Shown here piece after piece: positions 17,390 to 28,207 of a stretch of DNA of 64,000 bases; positions within the stretch are counted from its first letter, which is position 1, and every line of letters begins with the position of its first letter. The position numbers and the translations under genes were made by a program. Below the pieces are notes generated by a model, which worked only from the letters and a program-made list of their open reading frames with translations, searched no databases and was not told the DNA's origin. The stretch is from Leptolyngbyaceae cyanobacterium (GTDB lineage: Bacteria > Cyanobacteriota > Cyanobacteriia > Phormidesmidales > Phormidesmidaceae), in contig JBHJHA010000015.1 of the NCBI GenBank assembly GCA_050331235.1, positions 39,599 through 103,598 on the forward strand. Reading direction: 5' to 3'.

Positions 17390-18636
17390 GATTCCAGCGG
17401 TTCACTAGGTATCGACACTGAGCGGTGAGGGGCACCAGCAATACAGCATCCAGCTAGCAGCAAGGCCACCACTCCCAATAGGGTCGGCAAGATTAGTGGC
17501 TGTGCCCTGAGGCTATCGACAAAGGTGCCAAACAAAGAGGAGGCCGCTGCTCCACCGCTGAAAAACATGCCGGTGCCCAACCCTGCTTTTGGAGAGGGGA
17601 CCAGCGATAGCGCAAAGGGAATTGTGCCGTTGGAGACCAGACTAAACGCAGTGCCAAACAGTACCGCCAGGATAACCGCTGCCCCCGCCTGCTGTACGGC
17701 TCCAACCACCACGCAGACAAATGCCAGTACGGCTAGTCCTGCAATCATGGCTCGGCGGTTACCTAGCCGTACTGCCAGCACTCCAGCGGGCAGCGCGGTC
17801 ATGGCCAGCGCGATAAAAATTACCCCCAGCACCAAACTCGCATTGGCGTTAGGTACCTGGGTATTCAAAACTCGAGAAAATAACAGCATGAGAGAGCGGA
17901 AGCCTAGGGTGACGCCCACCCCGGCACCAAACACCAGGACCAGAGCGATCGCCGAAACCTCTGCAGCCATTGTCGCGGCCTCCGCCTCCGCCGGAGGGAC
18001 TGAGGTAGTCACAGTCGCTTCGGGAGCGGCCCAACGCAGGGCCACCATGGCCAACAGCAACACCGCTGACCCTAGGCCAAATGCCACCACAGGACCTAGA
18101 TTCAAAATGCGTTCACTGGCGAGGGGCCCCATCGCTCCGGCGACACCGCCCACCAGCGTTAAGACACTCGCCGCTTGGGGTAGACGTGTGGCAAAGGCAT
18201 AACGACCTAGCAGCGACATCGCCGGGCTGCGAAACAGGGTCATCGTCAAAGCCCACAACACTAACATCAGCGGTAGTGTCCAGCGTCCCACGGCAGATAG
18301 GCCCCCCAGGGCGATCGCTGGCAAACTGACAAATACCCCCGCTGCCAAGACGCCTCCCAAGCCAATCAGAGGAAACCGAGTGCCCATCTGGCGCTGAAGG
18401 CGATCGCTCAAGCTGCCCATGAGCGGCTCCATCACCATAGCCAGCAGATTTTCAATCACCAATAACCCCGTCGCCAAGGTGCGCTCCAACCCGACCTGGG
18501 TGAGCAAATCGACCAGGTACAGGTTGTAAATGACCCACATGAGCGCGATTGCTCCCTGCACTAGTGCCAGGCTGCCCACCTGAGTCCAGAGAATCTTGGT
18601 ATTGGTATTGGCCGTGCTCGTTTCGCGGGAAGACAT
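17386..18636 (-). CDS. MFS transporter
   Basis: About 12 TM helices, GSLSDR motif A, FRSPAMSLL. Confidence 0.85.
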   Translation of the reverse strand: MSSRETSTANTNTKILWTQVGSLALVQGAIALMWVIYNLYLVDLLTQVGLERTLATGLLVIENLLAMVMEPLMGSLSDRLQRQMGTRFPLIGLGGVLAAGVFVSLPAIALGGLSAVGRWTLPLMLVLWALTMTLFRSPAMSLLGRYAFATRLPQAASVLTLVGGVAGAMGPLASERILNLGPVVAFGLGSAVLLLAMVALRWAAPEATVTTSVPPAEAEAATMAAEVSAIALVLVFGAGVGVTLGFRSLMLLFSRVLNTQVPNANASLVLGVIFIALAMTALPAGVLAVRLGNRRAMIAGLAVLAFVCVVVGAVQQAGAAVILAVLFGTAFSLVSNGTIPFALSLVPSPKAGLGTGMFFSGGAAASSLFGTFVDSLRAQPLILPTLLGVVALLLAGCCIAGAPHRSVSIPSEPLES

Positions 18637-18888
18637 GGAACATAGACCCCAATTAGGGACAAATCAAGCGACAGACACTCGGTGATAGCCAAGACGCAGT
18701 TCCAAAGCCCGTTGCTTGCTTTCCGGGGAATGGATGATCAAGTCTCGTGCTCGCCCACCCTATCAAACCTGGCGGTACGGTGGGCTTGCCGCAACCGTTT
18801 TTAAGCAACCGGAGGTGCATCAGCGTCCAGCCCAATGGACAGCTACGGGCTAACTACAGCGCGTTTCAGGCTGTTCCAGACATGACTA

Positions 18889-19005
18889 ATACCCATTCTG
18901 CAAAATAGCGCTACAGATCGAAGGTCCCCCGCGATCACCGTCCCCTTGGAAAGGGGGCTTAGCCCATACTGTATGGAACTGCGCCCTATTCAAGGGAATT
19001 GGCGG
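18889..19005. repeat. Diverged copy of ~113-bp MITE-like dispersed repeat
   Basis: ATACCCATTC...AATAGCGCTACAGAT...CCCCTTGGAAAGGGGG...GAATTGG, similar to the copies at 40714 and 50533. Confidence 0.55.
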
Positions 19006-19086
19006 ATGAGTTTAATGTGCTGAGCTTTAATTCAGAGAACTGGGACAAACATTGCATTTAAATAAAAAACTGAGATTAACCCACGA

Positions 19087-19116
19087 CAGGGGCGCTAGAC
19101 ATCTCTAACGCCCCTG
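19087..19116 (-). terminator. Hairpin downstream of DUF2811 gene
   Basis: On the minus strand CAGGGGCGTTAGA-gatg-TCTAGCGCCCCTG; no long U tract. Confidence 0.5.
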
Positions 19117-19132
19117 CACAGCTGTTGACCAA

Positions 19133-19369
19133 CTAAGCGGCAAAATCGAACAGCGTATCCAGGTAGATGCGATTCACTCGGCGATCGCTACTTCCGTTCT
19201 GCATCAGGAAAAGAGAAAGCGCCGCACAAAAAGCGCGTTGCTGATTCCAGGCCGGATGAGAATCGAGATAAGACTGAAGTGACTCGTGGAGTTCCTCCGG
19301 AACTTCCACTAACAAGCTAACCATAGGGCCGCTCATCCATTCCTCCTTTGACACCATAGGCATAGGCAA
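19133..19369 (-). CDS. DUF2811 family protein
   Basis: VSLLVEVPEELHESLQSYLDSHPAWNQQRAFCAALSLFLMQNG, a conserved small cyanobacterial protein; start uncertain. Confidence 0.8.
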   Translation of the reverse strand: MPMPMVSKEEWMSGPMVSLLVEVPEELHESLQSYLDSHPAWNQQRAFCAALSLFLMQNGSSDRRVNRIYLDTLFDFAA

Positions 19370-19613
19370 ACACCTGAAAACGGCACCTCCATGAAGCTAG
19401 GTCAAACCCTATCCCCGTTTCACATGGGGGAGTTCAGCCACTGCATTCACAGGCGCAACGTCTTCCGGTCGCATCATTCTGCCTACTCCCTCCGACCCTG
19501 TCAATGTTGAAAAAAAGCGAGGAATCTGTTGGAGGATCCGGCGACAAACGAAACAATCAGGCTTTCACCCGGACATGATGATTGATCCCCAAAATGGTCA
19601 GAGAAATCAATAG

Positions 19614-19718
19614 TGTGGAAACTTTTTTTCCCTCAATCCACAGCTTTAGGGCAAAGCTTTATCTAGCGTTGAATTCTGTGGAAAACGTTGTGGAAACTTA
19701 GATTTAATCTGTGGATAA
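19614..19718. promoter_or_regulatory. Cluster of DnaA boxes in AT-rich intergenic region
   Basis: TGTGGAAAA 19677-85 and TGTGGATAA 19710-18 (perfect), TGTGGAAAC 19614-22 and 19689-97, CAATCCACA 19634-42. Confidence 0.65.
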
Positions 19719-20378
19719 CTTGAAATCCACCAAAAATTTCCCAAAAAAATCACAAAGGTTTGTAATTGCAGAGGGGCTTTTGTTTTTTTGATCTGCTGCC
19801 AAGTTACTCAAGTCCTTATTAGTCAGGCTTTCCAGGCAATTGTCCAACTCCCCCAGCGATTCTGCCATGAACGGTATCAAAAAAAAAAACATTTTAGAAA
19901 ATGGCACTGTTTTTGGGATTGGAAAATATTTACCAGAAAAATTTGGATCCATTTTTCTGGGGCGCCGATCAAGGAAATTCTTTAGTCTTAGTAAGGCGTT
20001 ATTACAATTTAGAATCCTATTTAGATATTCTTAAAAAATATCGAATTGCTTGCTTTCTCATAGCAAACAATTCAAAAGTCTGTAAATGACAATCTGGTTC
20101 AAAGCTGCTTTGTATTGACTTGAAACTGTCTCTGGCAAGCAAGCTGTAAGTTTTCAGATAAAAAATGATTAGTCAGAATTGCGGTCAGTATTTTTGTCAA
20201 TGGGGTGGCTAGCTTGGGGGTTGCCGCCATGACTAACAGGCCGCAGGAAGGCGATAAGGCTATGGGGGAAAGGTCGGCCTGATCGCCCGCGAAAAGTGTG
20301 TAACACTACGGTTACCAGGGCTCAAACCCCTGAAAGCAGCTAGGTGTGATGCTGGAGTGAGCAGAGAGCGGTACGGCC

Positions 20379-21740
20379 ATGACGTCTGAAAATGTAGATT
20401 GGAACAGCTTCATCGAGGGGTTGAATGGGGTGGAGGTGATCCGCGATCGCCCCCAGGTTGAAAAGCTCTCAAAGGACTACTACTACTTCAGCCCGATTTT
20501 GCAGGCCCAATTGGCCGATAAATGTGCCGATTTGGTGGTGCGGCCCACGACTGAAGCGGAAGTCCTGACCGTGGCTAAAGCCTGCGTGGCGGCTCAAATT
20601 CCCCTAACGGTGCGAGGGGCGGGCACCGGCAACTACGGACAGTGTATTCCCTTGGCGGGGGGCGTTATCCTCGACTTGAGTCGCATGAACGAGGTGAAGT
20701 GGGTGCGGCCCGGCATCGCCTGCGTGGCGCCAGGAGCAAAATTGGCTGCCATTGACAAAGTGGCGCGTCCCCAGGGGTGGGAAATTCGTATGTATCCCTC
20801 GACCTATCGTACGGCGACCATCGGTGGCTTTATTGGTGGCGGCAGCGGCGGCATTGGCTCAATCATGTATGGTCAATTGAGCGATCGCGGCAATTTACAT
20901 GCGGTGCGAGTAGTGACGTTAGAAGACGAACCCCGCGTGATTGAGCTGCGGGGTGACGAGGTGCAGCAGGTTAACCACGCCTATGGGACTAACGGCATCA
21001 TTACAGAACTGGAGATTCCTTTAGGGCCAGCTTATCCCTGGGCTGAGGTGATTGTGACCTTTGATGATTTTATGACCGCGGCTCGGTTTGGTCAGGCATT
21101 AGGCGACGCCGACGGCCTGGTTAAAAAGCTCATCAGCATCCATGCTGCCCCCATTCCCAGTTACTTTGTCAGCCTCAAGGACTATTTACCAGCAGGCTGC
21201 CATGCCGCCCTGTTGATGATTGCTGAGCCGTCGATGGAGCCTTTTGAGGCGCTCGTCGCGGAATTTGGGGGCACCCTCACCTATCGTAGACCAGCGGAAG
21301 AGACGGGCAGAAAGACGCTGCTGGCAGAATTTACCTGGAACCATACGACCCTGCATGCCCGTAGTGCCGATCCGTCTCTGACCTATTTGCAAACGCTGTT
21401 TCCCCATGATCCCGAGCTGAAGCTAGTGCAACACATGTACGAGCACTTTGGCGATGAGGTGATGATGCATTTGGAATATTTTCGGGTGCAGGGGGCGGTG
21501 ATTGCCGCCGCTCTGCAACTTGTGCGCTATTCCACCCCGGAGCGACTGCGGGAGATTATCGAATATCACGAGGCCCAGGGAGCGTTCATTGCCAATCCTC
21601 ACACTTATGTATTGGAAGATGGCGGCCGCAAGGAAATCAACCCTGTGCAGGTCGATTTCAAAGCCCAGGTTGACCCCTATGGTTTACTCAACCCTGGCAA
21701 AATGCGGGGCTGGCAAGAACGGCAACTGGCAAGGCGCTAG
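20379..21740 (+). CDS. FAD-binding oxidoreductase (GlcD-like, VAO/PCMH fold)
   Basis: VRGAGTGNYG, ATIGGFIGGG, GTNGIIT, DPYGLLNPGK. Confidence 0.88.
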   Translation: MTSENVDWNSFIEGLNGVEVIRDRPQVEKLSKDYYYFSPILQAQLADKCADLVVRPTTEAEVLTVAKACVAAQIPLTVRGAGTGNYGQCIPLAGGVILDLSRMNEVKWVRPGIACVAPGAKLAAIDKVARPQGWEIRMYPSTYRTATIGGFIGGGSGGIGSIMYGQLSDRGNLHAVRVVTLEDEPRVIELRGDEVQQVNHAYGTNGIITELEIPLGPAYPWAEVIVTFDDFMTAARFGQALGDADGLVKKLISIHAAPIPSYFVSLKDYLPAGCHAALLMIAEPSMEPFEALVAEFGGTLTYRRPAEETGRKTLLAEFTWNHTTLHARSADPSLTYLQTLFPHDPELKLVQHMYEHFGDEVMMHLEYFRVQGAVIAAALQLVRYSTPERLREIIEYHEAQGAFIANPHTYVLEDGGRKEINPVQVDFKAQVDPYGLLNPGKMRGWQERQLARR

Positions 21741-21860
21741 CAGTATATCGGGCATTAAGAGGTTTCCCTGTTTGTAAATTACTGCGATCGCCCTGCCAAA
21801 CGCATCAGGGTCTCTTACACTTTGGATGGATGTGATTAATACTGATGCGCGCCCTTCACT

Positions 21861-22277
21861 ATGTCGCTAGGTCCTCCCCCCGTCGAGGTGCAACGCTTTC
21901 ATCAACGGTTGAGTATTGGTTTGGCTGCGGCGCTAGTGCTGTTGGTAGTGCTGTGGCTAATTAAACTCTTGCTGCCGTGGTTATTGCTGGCTGCGGGGCT
22001 GGCCTCGGTCGGCTACCTGTGGCAGCGGCAACGCGTAGCTCAGCGGCGCCTTTATACTTGCTTTTACGACTGCCTGCAGCGGCAGCAAGGCAAGATCAGC
22101 GCACTGGATTTTGCGATCGCTGCCCAGATTCCCGGTCCCCAAGCCCGGGCCTTTTTAGACGCCCGCGCCCGTGACTTTTTGGCGGACTTTGAGCCCATGG
22201 CGACAGGGGATATTGTCTATACCTTTGGCTATCGGCTGGCTACCCCAGTTCACAGCCTGCCCAAACTCCGAGATTGA
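21861..22277 (+). CDS. Hypothetical membrane protein
   Basis: Two TM helices plus a conserved-looking cyanobacterial C-terminus (GKISALDFAIAAQI...GDIVYTF). Confidence 0.6.
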   Translation: MSLGPPPVEVQRFHQRLSIGLAAALVLLVVLWLIKLLLPWLLLAAGLASVGYLWQRQRVAQRRLYTCFYDCLQRQQGKISALDFAIAAQIPGPQARAFLDARARDFLADFEPMATGDIVYTFGYRLATPVHSLPKLRD

Positions 22278-22294
22278 TACAGCGACCCAGCGAC

Positions 22295-23283
22295 CTAACG
22301 CAAGGCTGCCGCCCGCTCTGCCCAGCGATCAACCGTAACGCCTCGATTCAACACCTCGGTTTGTTCTCCCGTGGGCAAGGTAACGCTTTCTAGGAGGGAG
22401 ACACTGCCCGCGTGAAGCCCCAAGATGTAATACTGGCCATCCTCAAATAGAGCAAAAATAGGAGCTCCCGAGGCCCCCGGATTGGTATCGCAAGTATGGA
22501 TCAAGCTGCCAGCGTATTCTCCCTCCGTCAGCTCGGCTAAAACACTACAGTCAGCACTGAGCCCCGCCGTTTCGCCTGGCGCGCCTAACCCCGACAGGTC
22601 AGCCGTGGGAAAGTCAGCCGCATAGCCCGCTACGCTCACCTGACCATCTAGGGCAATCAGGGTGTCAGCGCTGGTAAAGTCGATTTGCTGCCAGCCTAGA
22701 AAGCCAAACTCGTTACCTAGGGGAGTGTCTAGCGTGAGTAATGCCCAGTCATCGGCATCATCGCCAGTAAAAGGGCTGTCACCGTATTCATAGGCCACAA
22801 CCGTAGCTGCCGCTGAGGACTCTCCCAAGACGACATTAGGGCGAAAGATGATGGTGTGGGTGGTGGGCCGGTCGGTTGCCGGATCGAGCAAGCAGTGGGC
22901 ATTAGTCAGCACCAAGCGGGGGCCCACTAGGGTGCCTGTGCAGGCTCCGAGTACCGTCACATCGTCAGCGGCTAGCCAGTCTACCCGATTAATGGTAGAC
23001 CAGGGATATTGCTGGCTAAGATCGGGGTGCGATCGTCCCAGCTGATGACGGCCCGTAATGGCCCCTCTGTGGGGCGAGGGGAGGCGGAAAGGTGGGCCGG
23101 TTGATAGGCCCCATGGCTCTGCTCAGCCGTCGGCAATGCAATGGGCATCAGCTCAACCTTGCCAAGCTCCTGAGCGCTCACCGCGTAAGGCTGCCACGGA
23201 GCTGTGGCGAGGATCGCCAAGCCCCCTAACATCGGCAATCGGGATAAGCGCCACTGCATAGGTCGACTCCAATCACGGGACAA
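22295..23283 (-). pseudogene. Trypsin-like (V8/Mpr-type) secreted serine protease, frameshifted near 23017
   Basis: LTNAHC, DDWALL, DTNPGASGAP triad in the downstream frame; adding one base at tta(a)gc joins RAVISWDDRTPIL to SQQYPWSTINRVDW. Confidence 0.75.
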
Positions 23284-23598
23284 CAGACGGTCAATTTTGA
23301 CTCACTACTTCAGCTCCGTTTGATTTGATGAGGTGTGGGATTTTCTAAATGTTCTGAATGTGAGGCTGGTCTCATTTTACGCCCTGCGAGCGGCCTTGCC
23401 GGGGAAGGCGATCTCAGGAAATTTTCAGTTAACTAAGCTAGCGTTGGGACGTTTACCGTGGCTGTCTGGACCTACTAAACTTTGTTAGGCTGCAGCCAAT
23501 CGCCCGCTGGGCAGGGTTCGCCATTGCCCGAGCCGCTCGGCGCATCAGCTCGTCCGCGATCGCCATTTAAAGCTCAATGTTTTTCAACTTGATTGTCC

Positions 23599-24378
23599 AT
23601 GAGTAATTCTTCCCCCGACGCCCCTCAATCTGCCGAATCCTCTGCTCAACCCCGCTCAAAGAACTGGCCAATTTGGCTGGGAGTAGGCTTTTTTGGCGCC
23701 GTTGGCATTGCGCTGATTATTTCTTTATGGGGCTTGTTTAATAGCAGTGACGAGTCGCCAGTGGGTGATGCTGTCCCCACCGAAACAGCAGCCGTAGAGC
23801 CCCCAGCGGATTTGCGGGCGCACCAGGCCTTGGTTAGCGAAGCGGTCGAAGACTTAGGTCGAGAGATTTTAGTGGGCGAGTCGCCCACCAAGGGCAACCC
23901 AGAGGCTGAGATCGTTCTGCTAGAGTTCTCCGATTTTCAATGTCCGTACTGTAGTCAGGCCACCCCAGAGGTTGACGCCTTTGTCGCGGCCCATGCAAAC
24001 GATGTCCTGTTAGTGTTCAAGCATTTTCCGCTGACGAGCATTCACCCAGAAGCGCTTCCTGCAGCTTTGGCGGCCTGGGCGGCTGGCCAGCAGGAGCAGT
24101 TTTGGGCCTTTCACGATGCGCTGTTTGCTAACCAAACGGATTTGAGCGAAGACTTATATCTGGAAATTGCCGCTGATCTTGGATTGGACATTGAGCAGTT
24201 CAACCGCGATCGCGATAGTGAGGCGGCTAAACAGGCAGTTGCCCGCGACCTCGCCTTGGCTCAGGAACTGCAACTGCGAAGCACGCCGACCTTTGTTATG
24301 GATGATTTGCTGATCCCAGGCGCTGTACCGCAGGACTTTTTTGCTGAAGCCCTACGCCGATTGCAAGCAGCCCGGTAG
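23599..24378 (+). CDS. DsbA/thioredoxin-fold membrane-anchored oxidoreductase
   Basis: EFSDFQCPYC, KHFPL, STPTF. Confidence 0.9.
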   Translation: MSNSSPDAPQSAESSAQPRSKNWPIWLGVGFFGAVGIALIISLWGLFNSSDESPVGDAVPTETAAVEPPADLRAHQALVSEAVEDLGREILVGESPTKGNPEAEIVLLEFSDFQCPYCSQATPEVDAFVAAHANDVLLVFKHFPLTSIHPEALPAALAAWAAGQQEQFWAFHDALFANQTDLSEDLYLEIAADLGLDIEQFNRDRDSEAAKQAVARDLALAQELQLRSTPTFVMDDLLIPGAVPQDFFAEALRRLQAAR

Positions 24379-24468
24379 CCCCTGCTGGGTCAGCCGCCCG
24401 GGCCTAATCGGCGCAAGGCGAGCTGACACCGCAGCTATCAGGCCACTGCCAAAGCTGCCCCTGAGCTT

Positions 24469-24993
24469 TTAATTAGGAGGCACAAACCCCTCAGGCAGTA
24501 GCGCATCCTCTAGGGTTGCGCCATCGAGAATAGCGCTGTCTAAGTTAGTCTCAGTCAGGTCGGCGCTGCTGAGGTTGGCATCAGTCAGGTCGGTGTCTGA
24601 TAGATTGGCCCCCCGGAGATAGGCCCCACTGAGGTCAGCGCCTTTGAGCGTGGCACCGGCTAAGTTGGCGGCGGTTAATGCTGCTCCGGTCAAGTTAGCA
24701 TTGGACAAGTCAGCCCCTTGAAAGTCAGCGCTATCCAGTAGGGCATTGCTCAAATCGACTCCCACTAACTGGGCATTGCTCAAGTTGGCCCGATTGAGCT
24801 TGGCGGCCTTAAGGTTTTGTCCGGATAAATCAGCACCCGGCAGTTCACACGACAGACATTCTCCCGCTTTTGCTTGGGCGATCGCGTCTTGGGCATCCAA
24901 TTGGGACGATGACGAAGAGCATCCCACAATCACCACATTCGCAGCCACCACCGCCAAGCCTGCCCCTCTGAGCAGAATAGATTTTGCTCTCAT
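24469..24993 (-). CDS. Pentapeptide-repeat lipoprotein
   Basis: IVGC lipobox followed by A(D/N)LxG repeats. Confidence 0.88.
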   Translation of the reverse strand: MRAKSILLRGAGLAVVAANVVIVGCSSSSSQLDAQDAIAQAKAGECLSCELPGADLSGQNLKAAKLNRANLSNAQLVGVDLSNALLDSADFQGADLSNANLTGAALTAANLAGATLKGADLSGAYLRGANLSDTDLTDANLSSADLTETNLDSAILDGATLEDALLPEGFVPPN

Positions 24994-25306
24994 ATCCTCA
25001 GATCGTGTCTAAACCTCCAACAGTCTAGCGTTAGTCTCTTAGATCCTGGGCTATAGGCCAGCCGGTTTTTAAGAGTCATGGTCAGCCTTTTCTCGCAGCT
25101 GAACCAGGGATGGGAATGGACCAAAACTCGCAGGCACTTGACAAATCGTCAGCTTCGACCGAGCTTGAGCATCAGGCGGCTTCGCTCTTATTGCAAGCGA
25201 CTACCATTAAGGCTATGATTACAGGCTAGAGTGACTGTCAGTATGGTTTGCAGTCTGACGGTGGATGTTGGTACTGGCATAGTTCAGCTGGATTGCGGTA
25301 TAGCCC

Positions 25307-26059
25307 TTGGTTTCCTCTCCCTCACCTCAAAAATTGATTGGTATCTCAGTTGGTGTATTGGCGCTCTCAGCGATCGCCCACAGTGTAGTGTTGCAGCTGC
25401 CGATGCCCTCGCCCCCCGTCTCGCCATCGGTGCCAGCGTCAACTCAGGCTCAAGAAAGTGACGAGGTGGAGGTGGTGATTTTGCCAGAGCGCCCGGCTGA
25501 CGCCCCCGAGGTGGAGCCCGGGGCGGAGCCCGTGCCGACGGTGCCAACGGCAGCTGTGGAGCCTGCAACGCCGATTGCCTCCCCTGTCCAGATTCCCAAT
25601 CCAGCGGTGGAGCCAGAGCCACTCCCCGAGGAGCCAACGGAAGAGGCGACGCAATCAGAGGACCAAAGGCCCAGTAACGCCAATCCAGCTTTTCAGGCGG
25701 ATGAGTCGTCTCCAGAAAACGCGGCTGGACCGTTGGCTAGCTATGGGGCTGATTTTCCTCACTTAGCGGGGGCGACCGGTGGCTGTTTTGGCCTGGCCGA
25801 CTGCCGACAGGTGCCAAATGCGGGCAGCTATCGTGCGGTGGCGCGATCGCTCATCGATGGACTCAAGAACAATGGCTACCAAGTCAATTTGCGAGATGAT
25901 CTAGAAGATACGGGCCGCAACGTATATGAGTTGACACGTCCCGGCAATGAAACTGGTCAGCAATATTTGATGGTGTTTTCTGTGCCGGATGGCTCAGCAA
26001 TTTATGTCATGGGTCGTGAAATCCTGACCTTGGCAGACCTGCAAACCCTGTCAAGCTAG
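25307..26059 (+). CDS. Hypothetical protein with N-terminal TM anchor and Pro/Glu-rich linker
   Basis: TM helix ending AHSVVL, Pro-rich spacer, globular C-terminus; stop overlaps the futB start. Confidence 0.65.
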   Translation: MVSSPSPQKLIGISVGVLALSAIAHSVVLQLPMPSPPVSPSVPASTQAQESDEVEVVILPERPADAPEVEPGAEPVPTVPTAAVEPATPIASPVQIPNPAVEPEPLPEEPTEEATQSEDQRPSNANPAFQADESSPENAAGPLASYGADFPHLAGATGGCFGLADCRQVPNAGSYRAVARSLIDGLKNNGYQVNLRDDLEDTGRNVYELTRPGNETGQQYLMVFSVPDGSAIYVMGREILTLADLQTLSS

Positions 26060-27804
26060 TGCCGTCGCGATCGCCCAAAGTTATAGATATGGTTACTCCT
26101 ACCGTTAAGCTCCCCCCCCCGCCTTGGTTTCGACGTTGGCAATTGCCAGCCCTTTCAGGGTGGACAATCGCGGTTTTAGTCATTGCTTTATTGACGGCCA
26201 CACCGCTGTTGGCCGTTGTTTTAGGCGCCTTGAGCCACCTCGGTGGAGAGGCGGCCAACGAGATTTGGCAGCACCTAGCGACGACGGTGCTGCTCAGTTA
26301 CGTCCTCAATTCCTTGGGTCTGATGGTAGGAGTGGGCATAGGGGTGCTGCTATTGGGCGTAGGTACGGCTTGGCTTGTTACCCTATGTCGTTTTCCGGGG
26401 GGGCGACTTTTTGAGTGGGCGTTACTGTTGCCGCTAGCGGCCCCCTCCTATTTGTTGGCTTACACCTATACCGATTTTTTGGAGTATTACGGTCCCGTTC
26501 AAACCGGATTGAGAACTCTGATGGGCTGGGAAAGTGCTGGTGACTACTGGTTTCCCGATGTGCGATCGCTGGGCGGAGCCGTTGTCTTATTTAGCCTGGT
26601 GCTTTATCCCTACGTTTATATGTTGGCCCGGGTGGCCTTTCAAGAGCAGTCCGTTTGTACGTTAGAAGCCAGCCGATCGCTGGGCTGTAGTCCCTGGCGG
26701 AGCTTTCGTACGGTGGCCTTGCCCCTGGCGCGACCGGCGATCGCTGCTGGCACTGCCCTGGCTCTTATGGAAACCCTCAATGACTTTGGCACAGTGGAAT
26801 ATTTCAGCGTCCCGACCTTTACCACCGGGATTTATCGCACTTGGTTTGGCATGGGGGAGCGGCTAGCGGCGACTCAGTTAGCGAGCGTTTTGCTTCTCTT
26901 TATCGCTACCCTGATTGTGCTAGAGCGCTGGTCCCGTCGCCAAGCGCGCTATTACCAGGCCGTAGGCAGCCAGCCCAGCCTGTCACGGTTTGAGCTAGGC
27001 GGGCTACGGGCGATCGCGGCGATCCTATTCTGTGTGCTGCCGATCAGCCTGGGGTTGCTCTTGCCGGGGGGACTCTTGCTCAACATGACCCTGAGCAACC
27101 TTGACAAATCCCTCAATCGGGAGTTTGTAGAGCTCGCCACCCACAGCCTGATACTGTCTAGCACTACAGCAGGGTTGGGCATCTTGCTGGCGCTGATTTT
27201 GGCCTATGGGGCGCGACTCCAGCCGAGCCGCAGCGTTCGCTTAGGTGTACAGGTGGCATCCCTGGGCTATGCCGTGCCGGGGGCCGTCATCGCTGTGGGC
27301 ATCATGATGCCCATTGGAAAGTTAGATAATGCGATCGCTACCTTTGCCGAGCAGGTCTTGGGTGTCTCCCCTGGTCTCCTATTGAGCGGCACCGTGGCAG
27401 CCCTAGTATTTGCCTATCTTGTGCGGTTTTTGGCGATCGCTATAGGCACGCTCCAGGCCGGATTGACCAAAATTCGTCCAACCTTAGACGACGCCTCCCG
27501 CAGCCTAGGCAACTCACCCACCAAAACGCTGACCCAGGTTCACGCGCCCTTGCTATCGGGCAGTTTACTGACCGCCGCGGTGATAGTGTTTGTTGATGTG
27601 ATGAAAGAATTGCCAGCCACCATGGTTATCCGCCCCTTTAATTTCGATACATTAGCAGTACGGGTGTTTCAATATGCCTCAGATGAGCGCCTAGTCGATG
27701 CCGCTGCGCCGGCCCTAGCGATCTTGGTGGTAGGTATCATACCCGTAATTTTGCTCAGCTATCGTATTACCCACAGCGGCAACTACAGTCAAGCTGATGA
27801 TTGA
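26059..27804 (+). CDS. futB: Fe3+ ABC transporter permease
   Basis: Two BPD_transp_1 halves with EASRSLG and DASRSLG, LMETLNDFG, DVMKELPAT. Confidence 0.88.
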   Translation: MPSRSPKVIDMVTPTVKLPPPPWFRRWQLPALSGWTIAVLVIALLTATPLLAVVLGALSHLGGEAANEIWQHLATTVLLSYVLNSLGLMVGVGIGVLLLGVGTAWLVTLCRFPGGRLFEWALLLPLAAPSYLLAYTYTDFLEYYGPVQTGLRTLMGWESAGDYWFPDVRSLGGAVVLFSLVLYPYVYMLARVAFQEQSVCTLEASRSLGCSPWRSFRTVALPLARPAIAAGTALALMETLNDFGTVEYFSVPTFTTGIYRTWFGMGERLAATQLASVLLLFIATLIVLERWSRRQARYYQAVGSQPSLSRFELGGLRAIAAILFCVLPISLGLLLPGGLLLNMTLSNLDKSLNREFVELATHSLILSSTTAGLGILLALILAYGARLQPSRSVRLGVQVASLGYAVPGAVIAVGIMMPIGKLDNAIATFAEQVLGVSPGLLLSGTVAALVFAYLVRFLAIAIGTLQAGLTKIRPTLDDASRSLGNSPTKTLTQVHAPLLSGSLLTAAVIVFVDVMKELPATMVIRPFNFDTLAVRVFQYASDERLVDAAAPALAILVVGIIPVILLSYRITHSGNYSQADD

Positions 27805-27832
27805 ATGCACTGTTCATTGAACATCAATGTCC

Positions 27833-28207
27833 CTAGTGGGCTAAATCCGTCAAAAAGGTAGGCATCTCTAGCACATGCCAGTAGATTAACGCTGTGATTA
27901 CTAAGGTATAAAGCGTTGAGCTACCTAAACCGATGAGTAAATCACGTTTGGGCTGACGGGACGCTGCGGCAAACCAGAGATCGGTAGCGCCAAACTGCAT
28001 CATTACCATGCCCAGCACGTTGGAAAACCAGTATCCAGCCACCGTGCCCGGCAGTAGCCATCCCGGATGCAGCCAGGCCACCCCATAGCCAAAGAGCAGG
28101 GCAATGGGCAGATTGAAAAAGACATCATTCCACCAGGACAGCGGCGACAGCATATAGCCTATCCCCATCAAAGCGCCCCCGCGAATTCTGGTAATCCATT
28201 GCTGCAC
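27833..28207 (-). CDS. Hypothetical membrane protein
   Basis: LSPLSWWND motif, 3 TM segments. Confidence 0.65.
   Translation of the reverse strand: MQQWITRIRGGALMGIGYMLSPLSWWNDVFFNLPIALLFGYGVAWLHPGWLLPGTVAGYWFSNVLGMVMMQFGATDLWFAAASRQPKRDLLIGLGSSTLYTLVITALIYWHVLEMPTFLTDLAH

Noticed and set aside
19704..20089. Short ORFs in the AT-rich region
   Set aside because: Overlapping, low-complexity Lys/Phe-rich translations with no motifs; the region looks non-coding
22981..23040. Programmed frameshift in the protease gene
   Set aside because: Single-base loss with no slippery heptamer or stimulatory structure; sequence error or simple pseudogenisation is more likely
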